A stretch of DNA of 49,734 bases from an uncultured Smithella sp. (GCA_964394185.1 CAYMWM010000008.1:1-49734); one strand, 5' to 3'; positions 8,773 to 17,088 are shown, numbered from the stretch's first letter. Notes: generated by a model not told the origin, from the sequence alone. Made by a program: numbers and translations.

Positions 8773-9834
8773 ATGCTGGGGGATAGAATTAAACAGGCGC
8801 GAATTGCCGCCGGTTTATCTTTGCGGGGGCTTGCCGAGGCTTCGGATAATTATATCAGTGCGCAGGTAATTCAAAAGTACGAGCAGGGAATAACGAATCC
8901 CGGCTCTGACGTATTGATTAAACTGGCAAAAGCTTTGGGAGTGAAGGTTGAATTTTTTTTCAGGCCGGATGCCGTGCAGGTATCGTTGAGTTGTCCGGTT
9001 TACAGAAAAAGGGCTTCTTTATCAAAAAAATATCTGTTGTCGATTCATGCTCAGGTAAAAGATAAAGTTGAAAAATATTTGGAAATAGAAGCTCTTTTCC
9101 CGGAGGACCGCTTTGATAAAATCAGCATCAGTAAATTGAGACATCGAAATATACATAAGAGTAGTGATATTGAAAAGTTGGCGGATGATTTAAGAAAAGA
9201 ATGGTCTTTAGGAAATGATCCGATCGAAAACATGACGGATATTGTCGAAGATCGAGGGGCAATGGTTATCCCGCTTGAAGCATCAGATAAATTTGACGGA
9301 TTGTCCTGCTGGGCAAATGATTCTATACCGGTAATTGTGGTTAAAAAAGGGCTTACCGGCGATCGTCAAAGATCAGACCTTGCTCACGAACTAGGACATT
9401 TAATTATGAATGTTTCTTCTGATGAAAATGAGGAAAAAGCAGCAAAACACTTTTCCGCAGCTTTTTTAGCACCGGCGGATGCGGTCTATCGCGAGCTTGG
9501 CAAAAAGCGGAATAATATTGATCTGTCGGAATTAGTTTTGCTGAAGAAAAAATATGGGATGAGTATGCAGCAGTGGATCTATCGCGCTAAGGATTTGGAT
9601 ATTATTTCGGAAAGTAAAGCAATCGAATGGTTTAAAAAATTTCGCATAAAGCAATGGTATAAGAATGAACCTGTTGACGTTAAAGAGGAAGAACCGCAAA
9701 GATTTAAGTTGTTAGTTATCCAGGCTGTGGCTGAAGGGATAATTTCACCTATACGAGCAGCTGAATTTTTAGATATTCCATATGACAAATTTCGTAAGGA
9801 CGTGATAGCTGGACTTGAAGAAGATAATTCTTGA
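8773..9834 (+). CDS. XRE-family HTH fused to an ImmA/IrrE-family (COG2856) zinc metallopeptidase
   Basis: N-terminal HTH (IKQARIAAGLSLRGLAEASDNYISAQVIQKYEQG). HExxH motif (AHELGHLIM). Start moved to the ATG at 8773, which has GGAGGAG upstream; the track start at 8740 lies inside the predicted promoter. Confidence 0.85.
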   Translation: MLGDRIKQARIAAGLSLRGLAEASDNYISAQVIQKYEQGITNPGSDVLIKLAKALGVKVEFFFRPDAVQVSLSCPVYRKRASLSKKYLLSIHAQVKDKVEKYLEIEALFPEDRFDKISISKLRHRNIHKSSDIEKLADDLRKEWSLGNDPIENMTDIVEDRGAMVIPLEASDKFDGLSCWANDSIPVIVVKKGLTGDRQRSDLAHELGHLIMNVSSDENEEKAAKHFSAAFLAPADAVYRELGKKRNNIDLSELVLLKKKYGMSMQQWIYRAKDLDIISESKAIEWFKKFRIKQWYKNEPVDVKEEEPQRFKLLVIQAVAEGIISPIRAAEFLDIPYDKFRKDVIAGLEEDNS

Positions 9835-10300
9835 TACTTCTATATGCATTGATCTTAATAATGGTAAACTCCTTGAAGCTGTATTAGAGTTGTCTTATGA
9901 ACTTGCACTTCCGGATGTTATTATTGCGGAGTTGGAGAAGCCGGCTGGTAAGCTTTTGCTGGAGCTTGGTTTTACTGAAGAGGGAATATCTGGTGAAGAA
10001 ACAAAAGATGTTTTTGCGCTTAGAAATGAATATGCAAGTCCGTCAACAAATGATCTTGTTGCCCTTCATTTAGCAAAACGTAATGCTTGCTATCTAATTA
10101 CAGGTGACAACGCTTTACGCAATGCCGCAAAGCAGGAAGGTCTGACAGTGCACGGTTTGTTATGGTTGATGGATAATCTAGTCGAACGGAAAATTATAAC
10201 AAAACATAACGCTATTGTAGCACTTGAAAATATTTTAGAAGCAGGTAGTTGGCTTCCCCAGAGAGAATGTGAAGAGCGTTTTAAAAAATGGCGCAAATGA
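9815..10300 (+). CDS. PIN-domain nuclease (DUF3368/DUF4411-like)
   Basis: Acidic PIN residues in typical context (IILDTS, IIAELE, STNDLV, LITGDNA). Apparent TTG start overlapping the upstream gene by 20 nt; there is no in-frame ATG before the first catalytic Asp. Confidence 0.75.
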   Translation: MKKIILDTSICIDLNNGKLLEAVLELSYELALPDVIIAELEKPAGKLLLELGFTEEGISGEETKDVFALRNEYASPSTNDLVALHLAKRNACYLITGDNALRNAAKQEGLTVHGLLWLMDNLVERKIITKHNAIVALENILEAGSWLPQRECEERFKKWRK

Positions 10301-10322
10301 AGTTGCGCCGCAAACTTTTTTA
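10301..10322 (+). terminator. weak candidate terminator
   Basis: Short GC stem (AGTTGCG / GCAAACT with a bulge) followed by TTTTTTT, directly after the PIN stop codon. Confidence 0.3.
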
Positions 10323-10390
10323 GAAATTGAAAAAAGTAAATCTATTTATTTTTGACAAATGAAAAATCAAACCAATTTTGCTCTTGATTA

Positions 10391-10657
10391 ATGCTAAATG
10401 ACGAAATCCTTTTACTTCAACTGGAAGAACTGGCTGAACGACTCGGAATACTGGTCCGCGATGAGAATATAAACATTGACGATGTATCCAGCAGCGGTGG
10501 CCTGTGTCTTGTTGAAGGTCAATATATTCTGATTCTTAATTCTAAAACTACTGTACAGGAAAAGATTCAGATCGCAATAACGGCACTAAGACAATTCGAC
10601 CTGAGTAACGTTTATGTAAAACCGGCAATCCGGGAGTTGTTGGAAGGACAAGAATAA
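10391..10657 (+). CDS. hypothetical 88-aa protein
   Basis: Protein-like sequence (amphipathic helix LLLQLEELAERLGILV, then strand-like GGLCLVEGQYILIL). No SD is visible before the ATG. Confidence 0.45.
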   Translation: MLNDEILLLQLEELAERLGILVRDENINIDDVSSSGGLCLVEGQYILILNSKTTVQEKIQIAITALRQFDLSNVYVKPAIRELLEGQE

Positions 10658-10704
10658 TTTTTTCGTTAAAAAGAATGAATAAATGGTCCATATTCTGATA
10701 CACG

Positions 10705-10980
10705 TTATTCATCATATGATTTTCTAGTCATTTTTCTGTAAATCATCTGGGCTTTTTCCCATGATCTGGGAAATTTCACAAAACAATTACCTTTGTCATC
10801 AATTTTAATCGAACTAATCTGTCGAGATGCATGTTCTGGAAGTAATTTTATGTTTGAAATTTTAAACCAAGCACCTTGTTGCTTAATTATTCCCGTTTTC
10901 TCTAATTTGTTAAAATCAATAGGAGTTGCTAGTTGCTTCGCTAGTGTAATGATTTCTCGTCTATTTGGGATTTTATCCAT
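10705..10980 (-). CDS. hypothetical 91-aa protein, fifth gene of the Qat-like operon
   Basis: AGGAG SD 9 nt before the ATG. Starts 41 nt downstream of the TatD-like gene on the same strand. No family recognised. Confidence 0.6.
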   Translation of the reverse strand: MDKIPNRREIITLAKQLATPIDFNKLEKTGIIKQQGAWFKISNIKLLPEHASRQISSIKIDDKGNCFVKFPRSWEKAQMIYRKMTRKSYDE

Positions 10981-11021
10981 AGTTATTATTCTCCTTTTAG
11001 AAATTAAGTCAGATTATTACT

Positions 11022-11738
11022 TTACTCTTTAGAAACTGTACGACATTTTTCAAAATTCGCAGAGATAATATGTTCCGTTACATATTTGTCAGTTTGCCAT
11101 ATTTTACTTAATTCATCATATACATACTGAATCATCTTTAATGGTTGATTCGTTAGAAAAGGTCCATCAGATTCAACAAGTATATGATCCCTATGAACAG
11201 CTTCTATCAAATTTCTGTGCTTACTTCGTAAGATATTGACATTGACTGAAAAGTAATGCCCTTTCACTGCTAATGCACCCGCAGTTTGCGGCCCTCCAAT
11301 GAAATAATGAAAACACACCGGCCCAATATGATAATCATCGAGCAATTGAGCTAATTCCTCATGCGCATTTCTACTATGAACAGTTACGAATTTATTATTT
11401 TTAAGAAATGGTAATATAGTTTTTAAAGTATCTAGTTGTTTCAATTTTGTTTTCTTGCCCTCAAAGGAGAAGTCTAGGCCAATCTCACCTATATAAGCTG
11501 TATCATTTACATAATTAATAAATTTTTTTATTTCTTCTTTATCTTCATGAACTCTTAGAGGATGCAGTCCTATGGCAGGCATTACACATTTGTATGGCTT
11601 CAAGTATGGTAAAGCCATCTGATAATGGCTAGGCATCATCGTTGTCATAACACAGCTCGTTTTTGCATTATGGTAAATCGATGCTGTCGCAATTGGGTTA
11701 TTAAACAGATCAATATGACAGTGAGTATCTATAAGCAT
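11022..11738 (-). CDS. qatD: TatD-family metal-dependent hydrolase/DNase (QatD-like)
   Basis: TatD motifs: IDTHCHIDL at the N-terminus, GEIGLDF, VHSR, FHYF, VESDGP. Immediately downstream of the QueC-like gene. Confidence 0.85.
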   Translation of the reverse strand: MLIDTHCHIDLFNNPIATASIYHNAKTSCVMTTMMPSHYQMALPYLKPYKCVMPAIGLHPLRVHEDKEEIKKFINYVNDTAYIGEIGLDFSFEGKKTKLKQLDTLKTILPFLKNNKFVTVHSRNAHEELAQLLDDYHIGPVCFHYFIGGPQTAGALAVKGHYFSVNVNILRSKHRNLIEAVHRDHILVESDGPFLTNQPLKMIQYVYDELSKIWQTDKYVTEHIISANFEKCRTVSKE

Positions 11739-11745
11739 GTAAGAC

Positions 11746-13086
11746 CTATAAAATTCCCATGCTCTGTGCCCAATTCTTCACTTCATCACGCAGCCTAACA
11801 ATCAAAGATACATATTGTCTTTTTTGCAATACATTTAAAGGTGCATTTGATCGAAGTGTTCGCCAGATTGTATTGTCATCATCATTTCTTTCTATAAAAT
11901 CTACAACAGATGAAAGATCGTGATTAGGTTGCGATAAAATCTTCCTTAGAACAGTCTCAGAAGTTACATCGTAACCATACCGCTCCGCTGGGAAACCACA
12001 ATTTTGAATAGCTGCTTGTCGGAAGATACAAGGGACGCATACCCCACACTGGCAAGCATGTCGATCCGCCCAGTGCTTTCTTCCAAACCCACGCTTTCCA
12101 CAAGATATAGAATGGGGATAGGAAGCTTGGAGAAGATTGGCATTTCTACATTCTTGCATCATCTCCCCTTTTGTTTTCATTACGTATGGATTATTAAGTG
12201 GATAATGTAGTCCGAGGTTATTTAAGAGGGTGTCTAACATTGTGATGAAGTAGGGATGCACTGTTCTTGTGCTTAAGGAGCCTCTACGCGCTGGAGTTAA
12301 AGGATAGTTTAGTGCGATAGCACCATTTTCAGGAATAATAATGTGTGTACCCTCACCGAGAAAACTTGCTGCCAAGACAGCATTTCCTATAAAGGCCAAA
12401 GATCTGCTTCTAAAATTAATGTCTTTTTCCTTATCTTGACTATCTGCACATAAACCTGTACGTGCCAAATAACGTTGAATACGGTTATTATAACTCCTCA
12501 ACAGGAATGGCATCAGATTTTGCTGATCAGTTTTGGAATTCTCCGCTTGCGGGTCGTAACTTGATGCTAAAACTATGCTGGAAGAAGGATTGTCCTCGAG
12601 CCAATCGATAATACCCACCAAGGAGTCTAAACCACCTGAAAAAAGTGATACAGCATCGCCGCGAATACGTTTTACATCGATAAATCCATTCCTTTCTGTT
12701 CTGAATGCCTGACCAAATAGAGGTATCGCCGACGTTACGAAATTAAAATGCCAAATATCGCCGGTTAGAAATTCAAGCATTGACTCGATTAAATCTGAAA
12801 CATGAGACCATTTATTAGGATCGACAACAGGAATCTGTACAGCAAATTCTCTGGTCCAGCGGTCGCCAACGTAATTTTCCCGATTAACTGCTCTATCGCA
12901 ACCATATACAACGGATGCGAAATATGCAAATTCTGCTGCCGCGTAATCGAACGATCCGCGAATACGTGCGTATTCTTCGATGCTAAATATTGATTGCAGT
13001 CGCCTAATTCCATTTATGTCGAGATAAATAGCGGAACCAGACTTGTAAGGATTACCCTTTTGTAGTTGAACTGTAATTGTATTCAT
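11746..13086 (-). CDS. qatC: QueC-like PP-loop ATPase (QatC-like)
   Basis: PP-loop SGGLDS (LFSGGLDSLVGI). C-terminal Cys cluster (CGKRG...CQCGVCVPCIFR) as in QueC zinc sites. Long N-terminal extension relative to housekeeping QueC. ATGA overlap with the upstream gene. Confidence 0.85.
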   Translation of the reverse strand: MNTITVQLQKGNPYKSGSAIYLDINGIRRLQSIFSIEEYARIRGSFDYAAAEFAYFASVVYGCDRAVNRENYVGDRWTREFAVQIPVVDPNKWSHVSDLIESMLEFLTGDIWHFNFVTSAIPLFGQAFRTERNGFIDVKRIRGDAVSLFSGGLDSLVGIIDWLEDNPSSSIVLASSYDPQAENSKTDQQNLMPFLLRSYNNRIQRYLARTGLCADSQDKEKDINFRSRSLAFIGNAVLAASFLGEGTHIIIPENGAIALNYPLTPARRGSLSTRTVHPYFITMLDTLLNNLGLHYPLNNPYVMKTKGEMMQECRNANLLQASYPHSISCGKRGFGRKHWADRHACQCGVCVPCIFRQAAIQNCGFPAERYGYDVTSETVLRKILSQPNHDLSSVVDFIERNDDDNTIWRTLRSNAPLNVLQKRQYVSLIVRLRDEVKNWAQSMGIL

Positions 13087-13865
13087 GGAATCAAAATATC
13101 CAAAACTTCTCGGTTAATTTCATCTGCCATGCGTAAACCATCTTTACTGTTCCAGTTAATTTTTGTTAAATCTTTCTCTCTGGAAAGTTCTTCTCTGACA
13201 ATCGCTCGTATGATTTCGCGTGCTCGTTGAAAGAAAGCATATGTTTGTTCAGGTGGGATTTTTTCCTGTATTACGCTAAATTGCTTCTGCTCAAAATTAG
13301 CCGCTAATATATTCGCATAGTAGATTTGAAGCACTTCCTCAATGTTTATATTACCACTCGTTAGAAGTGTGTCAAATTCATCAACTGTTTGAACTTCTTC
13401 TGCAAGTTCATCGATAGTTTCAGCCATTGCTCGATTAATCGCCTCATCATCAAGCAATCCGCCCGCTTCAGAGAGGCGTTCTACAACACCATCGAGAAAT
13501 TCTTCAAGCGATTTCTCTCGCAGATCAGACAGATCGAATACCCGAAGTGCATCATCTAGCCCTGATTTACCAACCGTGCTAATAAAATACGCTAAATTTG
13601 CACCACTATTTGCAGCACGCAACCTAGCAGCACCGCCACTGCCACCACCTCTAGGTAATTTTTGTCTTCCTGCAGTACCACCACCGACACCTTGACGGGT
13701 GCCTTGAAGGTTTGTATCTGACGAAAGGTATTTTTTATAAGCATCAGTAAAGACATTAACAGCGTTTTTGACTTTATTTGTAGATAAGTACCCGGAAGCT
13801 GCGTTTCCCACAGCATTATTTACACCTGGCCATTTTGGACTACCATATACTTTAGAAGTTCCCAT
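13083..13865 (-). CDS. qatB: QatB-position protein, function unknown
   Basis: Assigned by position only, between the KAP NTPase and the QueC-like gene. Gly/Arg-rich segment (GVGGGTAGRQKLPRGGGSGGAARLRA) followed by an acidic helical C-terminal half. The start overlaps the qatA stop (TAATG). Confidence 0.55.
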   Translation of the reverse strand: MGTSKVYGSPKWPGVNNAVGNAASGYLSTNKVKNAVNVFTDAYKKYLSSDTNLQGTRQGVGGGTAGRQKLPRGGGSGGAARLRAANSGANLAYFISTVGKSGLDDALRVFDLSDLREKSLEEFLDGVVERLSEAGGLLDDEAINRAMAETIDELAEEVQTVDEFDTLLTSGNINIEEVLQIYYANILAANFEQKQFSVIQEKIPPEQTYAFFQRAREIIRAIVREELSREKDLTKINWNSKDGLRMADEINREVLDILIP

Positions 13866-15727
13866 TATTTTTTACTCTTTGTTTTGCTCGATATCGCACG
13901 ACCAACTTTAGAATCTGTTTTGCTTAATTTATTTCTAACCTCTCCAACTAATACTGATGCTTGATTTGATGTATCGACGTTAAATGCGCGTAATGTAATG
14001 CCGAAACCGGGACTGAGATTGGAAGCACCTATACGTTCCACACATCGAGAAAATGATTCTGCACTATTCATATGTCCATTCGCTGCCAGATCAATTAGAG
14101 AACGTAATGCCGTGTCATCTTTTACATCTTGCATTGCGTGTCTTGCAACAATACCAAGGACACCTTCTTGCTCATCTTCTAGGAGTGATGCGAACATTTT
14201 AATGCCGTTACGCCTTTGAGTGTCTATTTTTAAAAGCAGTTCTTCTGCACATGTTCTCATCGCTTGCGTCATGAGTCGCAGACCCGCAAGAGTGTCTGTA
14301 ACAGAGCTTCTCGCAACCCAGAAATAGTCGCGAAGATCTTCTTTCGCTATTTGGGGTTGTGCCTTCAACCATCGCCAGAATCGTGGTGTCTTCCAATTTT
14401 TATATTTCTCTGGTATTTCCTCAATGTTCTTAACATTTTCTAGTTCGATTAATGGTTGAGCAGTACCATCCCCCGATGCACGATGCCATTGATACAATTC
14501 ATCAAAGCGGTCACTACTCATATATTCAAGTACCATTAATTTGATCAAAATATGATCCTTTAATGTAGTGATCTTTGCAACATCCGCCAAAGTTTTTCTT
14601 AACCAAAGAGCATTCAAAAATCTTTTAATTTGTCGCGGATTACCTTTTAAGCCATCAGTTATTGCATCTGAACAAGTTTCTACTAATCGAAGGCTATTAG
14701 AGACGACTGTTTTTAGACGATCATCTTTGATAGAATTTATTTCTTCGCCAAGTTGGAAAGACTTATAGCGTTCTCTCTCGAGAAACTGACTATATTTCTG
14801 AAGTACTTCCAGAAATTTTGGTTCCGGCAAATACTTCTTGAGAAATAGCATACACAGATATGAACGCACTTCATGAGGAGCTAATTTGGGTAATGTATAT
14901 GGTACTTGGATTAGTTTTTCTAAATAATCAGTAACTAGGGAATCACCAATTGTTGCACCTTTCTCTCCCGTAAATAATTCAGCATATTTGATACGGATAG
15001 CATTTTCAACAATTCGACGATCAGTCGCAATGATAAATGCGGTATGATCAACACTTAAAAATAGTTTGATTGCTTCAAGATTCTCTATCAATCTTTCTGG
15101 TGAGCACCTATCTAAATCATCAATTAATATTATGAGAGCCTTTAATTTTGTTTTGTTTATTAACTCTTGAAAATCAGAACGAAAAGATCGAATGTTTTCA
15201 ACAGATTCTTGCGATTTTTTTAATAAATCATCAAACTTTAAAGAAGGCGTCTCTTGTGTTTCTGCTGTTTCTTTACCCTGTTTTATAATCTGATCTGTTG
15301 GCAGCGTACCGTCTGCAAGTAGTAGAGGCAATGGATTTGATGTCAGATAGGATATGCCTGCGCCAATACCATACTTGACAAGTTTCATCCAATTCACTCT
15401 TCTTAATAATTCCTTTGCTTTGTCACCTACGATGCTCTTAAGTTTTTGATGTTCGCTGAGTTCATTAAGAAGAGTTGTAAGTATTGCACTTTTTGCATCA
15501 TCATAGCCTTCAAAAACCCAACTATTGAAGTAAACAACAGCAATATCTTCATCCCGAACTAATTGTTGTTGAAGTATCTTGAGAATACTTGATTTGCCGC
15601 CACCCCAATCACCAAAAAGACCAATTGTAACAGGCAGCATGTTAGGGTCTTTAACAATGGATAGTAACAAATGTGCGTGAATGGTAAACCCTAGAAGATC
15701 TTGATCAGTTTCATTATCTGCCCACAT
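13865..15727 (-). CDS. qatA: KAP-family P-loop NTPase (QatA-like)
   Basis: Walker A in KAP context (GLFGDWGGGKSS). Walker B (LIILIDDLDRC). 620 aa. First gene of the operon. Confidence 0.85.
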   Translation of the reverse strand: MWADNETDQDLLGFTIHAHLLLSIVKDPNMLPVTIGLFGDWGGGKSSILKILQQQLVRDEDIAVVYFNSWVFEGYDDAKSAILTTLLNELSEHQKLKSIVGDKAKELLRRVNWMKLVKYGIGAGISYLTSNPLPLLLADGTLPTDQIIKQGKETAETQETPSLKFDDLLKKSQESVENIRSFRSDFQELINKTKLKALIILIDDLDRCSPERLIENLEAIKLFLSVDHTAFIIATDRRIVENAIRIKYAELFTGEKGATIGDSLVTDYLEKLIQVPYTLPKLAPHEVRSYLCMLFLKKYLPEPKFLEVLQKYSQFLERERYKSFQLGEEINSIKDDRLKTVVSNSLRLVETCSDAITDGLKGNPRQIKRFLNALWLRKTLADVAKITTLKDHILIKLMVLEYMSSDRFDELYQWHRASGDGTAQPLIELENVKNIEEIPEKYKNWKTPRFWRWLKAQPQIAKEDLRDYFWVARSSVTDTLAGLRLMTQAMRTCAEELLLKIDTQRRNGIKMFASLLEDEQEGVLGIVARHAMQDVKDDTALRSLIDLAANGHMNSAESFSRCVERIGASNLSPGFGITLRAFNVDTSNQASVLVGEVRNKLSKTDSKVGRAISSKTKSKK

Positions 15728-15785
15728 ATAGAAATACCTATTAATAGATGATAATTAAACTAGAAAAGCAAACGTCAGCCTTTTG

Positions 15786-15805
15786 TCTAAACAATTTTGT
15801 TTAGA
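15786..15805. promoter_or_regulatory. perfect palindrome upstream of qatA (candidate operator)
   Basis: TCTAAACA-ATTT-TGTTTAGA, about 60 nt upstream of the qatA start. A second palindrome, ATCTATATAGAT, lies at 15826-15837. Confidence 0.3.
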
Positions 15806-16071
15806 TCATATAAAAATCTATATAGATGACTTTTTTCTTATTTAAACCTTTTTTGCAATTTGATCAAGTATCAAATTCTCAATATAAGGGGACTGTTTAT
15901 CTGACATGATATTAATGACCTCTGTTAAGAAATGATTACCGGTGTGATCTGCCGACGGGTAATTATCTTACGCCTGTTTTTTGCCGAAGTAAATATCAAT
16001 AAATCATCTAATTAAAAAAGGAATATAGAAATTATTCTAATACCAAAAAATAACCCTAAGGAGGATTTAAC

Positions 16072-16314
16072 ATGGGAACAAAAGGTATTGCTGCAATTGC
16101 AGGAGCCGTAGTACTTGTAGCGGCGTTTCCGACGACGAGCTTACTGATGAAAATTGGTTGCGGAATTGTCGGCGCAGCATCGGGTGCCGTCATCGGAGAA
16201 ACGTTCGAAACTGAAATTGTAAATGTAAAAAAACAAATTGAGGAACTTCGAACTTTCCGTGAATGGATGGCTACTCAAAGAGCAACAATGCAAGCAGCGG
16301 CAGCCAAAGCCTGA
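16072..16314 (+). CDS. small Gly/Ala-rich membrane protein with a helical C-terminal tail
   Basis: Extended SD ACCCTAAGGAGG before the ATG. Hydrophobic N-terminal 45 aa followed by a charged helix. Strong terminator follows. Confidence 0.6.
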   Translation: MGTKGIAAIAGAVVLVAAFPTTSLLMKIGCGIVGAASGAVIGETFETEIVNVKKQIEELRTFREWMATQRATMQAAAAKA

Positions 16315-16322
16315 TGAAAGAT

Positions 16323-16362
16323 CCCTGGTGGCAGAATAAAGCTGCCAGGGAATTTTTATTTT
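16323..16362 (+). terminator. rho-independent terminator
   Basis: CCCTGGTGGC (16323-16332) pairs with GCTGCCAGGG (16341-16350) with two G-U pairs, followed by AATTTTTATTTT. Confidence 0.7.
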
Positions 16363-16701
16363 AAAAGTTTTGATATAGAAATAGTAACGTATCAAATAAA
16401 AGGTGATGGTTGTTATGCATGTAAAAGTGTGTACTGGCTGTCGCCGGCATGATCATGTCCGTTATCATTCTTTCTGTCACACTTCTGGCAAATTTGTGAT
16501 GGGATCAAAGATCAGGGCATGGTTGCGGTTTGATGAGCAGAAACTTCCCGAAAGAGATGTTTCTGTTTTTGAGTGACGATTTTTTAAAAAAATTACATCT
16601 ATTTGTTCTGTTTTCAAGATACATATGTAAACATACGTCTTAGATAACTCTAAATCTATACGTATCAACACATTCATAAGTTGTTGTAATTATTTATAAT
16701 A

Positions 16702-16730
16702 TTGACATTTAGACGTATCGTGTTTAAAAT
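16702..16730 (+). promoter_or_regulatory. candidate sigma-70 promoter with no nearby ORF
   Basis: TTGACA (16702-16707), 17-nt spacer, TAAAAT (16725-16730). The next credible plus-strand start codon is about 360 nt downstream. Confidence 0.4.
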
Positions 16731-17088
16731 ACTGACGATAGTAATGACGATAACAATTTTTTAAATTCGATCTTTGACAATTTGAAGCGTCGGTCATCTG
16801 GTGGGAGACTGCTGGGCGGATGGGCAGAGTGAGTGGCCGTAAAAACACTACCACGAGATGATTAAAAAGGGCTCTTTTTAAAGGAGCATGAAATAGCAAA
16901 AACCAGAGGTAAGGAGTGTAGTGGTACAGGAAACTTTCCTACTATTAACAACTCCAACAATCTGCTGGTAATGTAAACTTTTAACCATGGAACTGGCATA
17001 ATATAAAAAAGGCTTCTTTCATGTGAAAATTCTTATACAAAATTAATGCAAGTTTTTGATGCAGTTCCTGTTTCATAAGGAAAACAGG

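Noticed and set aside
15842-15907. 21-codon minus-strand mini-ORF (MSDKQSPYIENLILDQIAKKV) upstream of qatA as a possible leader peptide.
   Set aside because: The SD-like GAGG is 11 nt away, there is no attenuator-like structure downstream, and it is too short to evaluate.
16477-16899. 66-aa and 69-aa minus-strand ORFs in the xis-int upstream region.
   Set aside because: They have no SD and an odd composition (Tyr/His/Cys/Lys runs), and they overlap the promoter and hairpin features. Probably non-coding.
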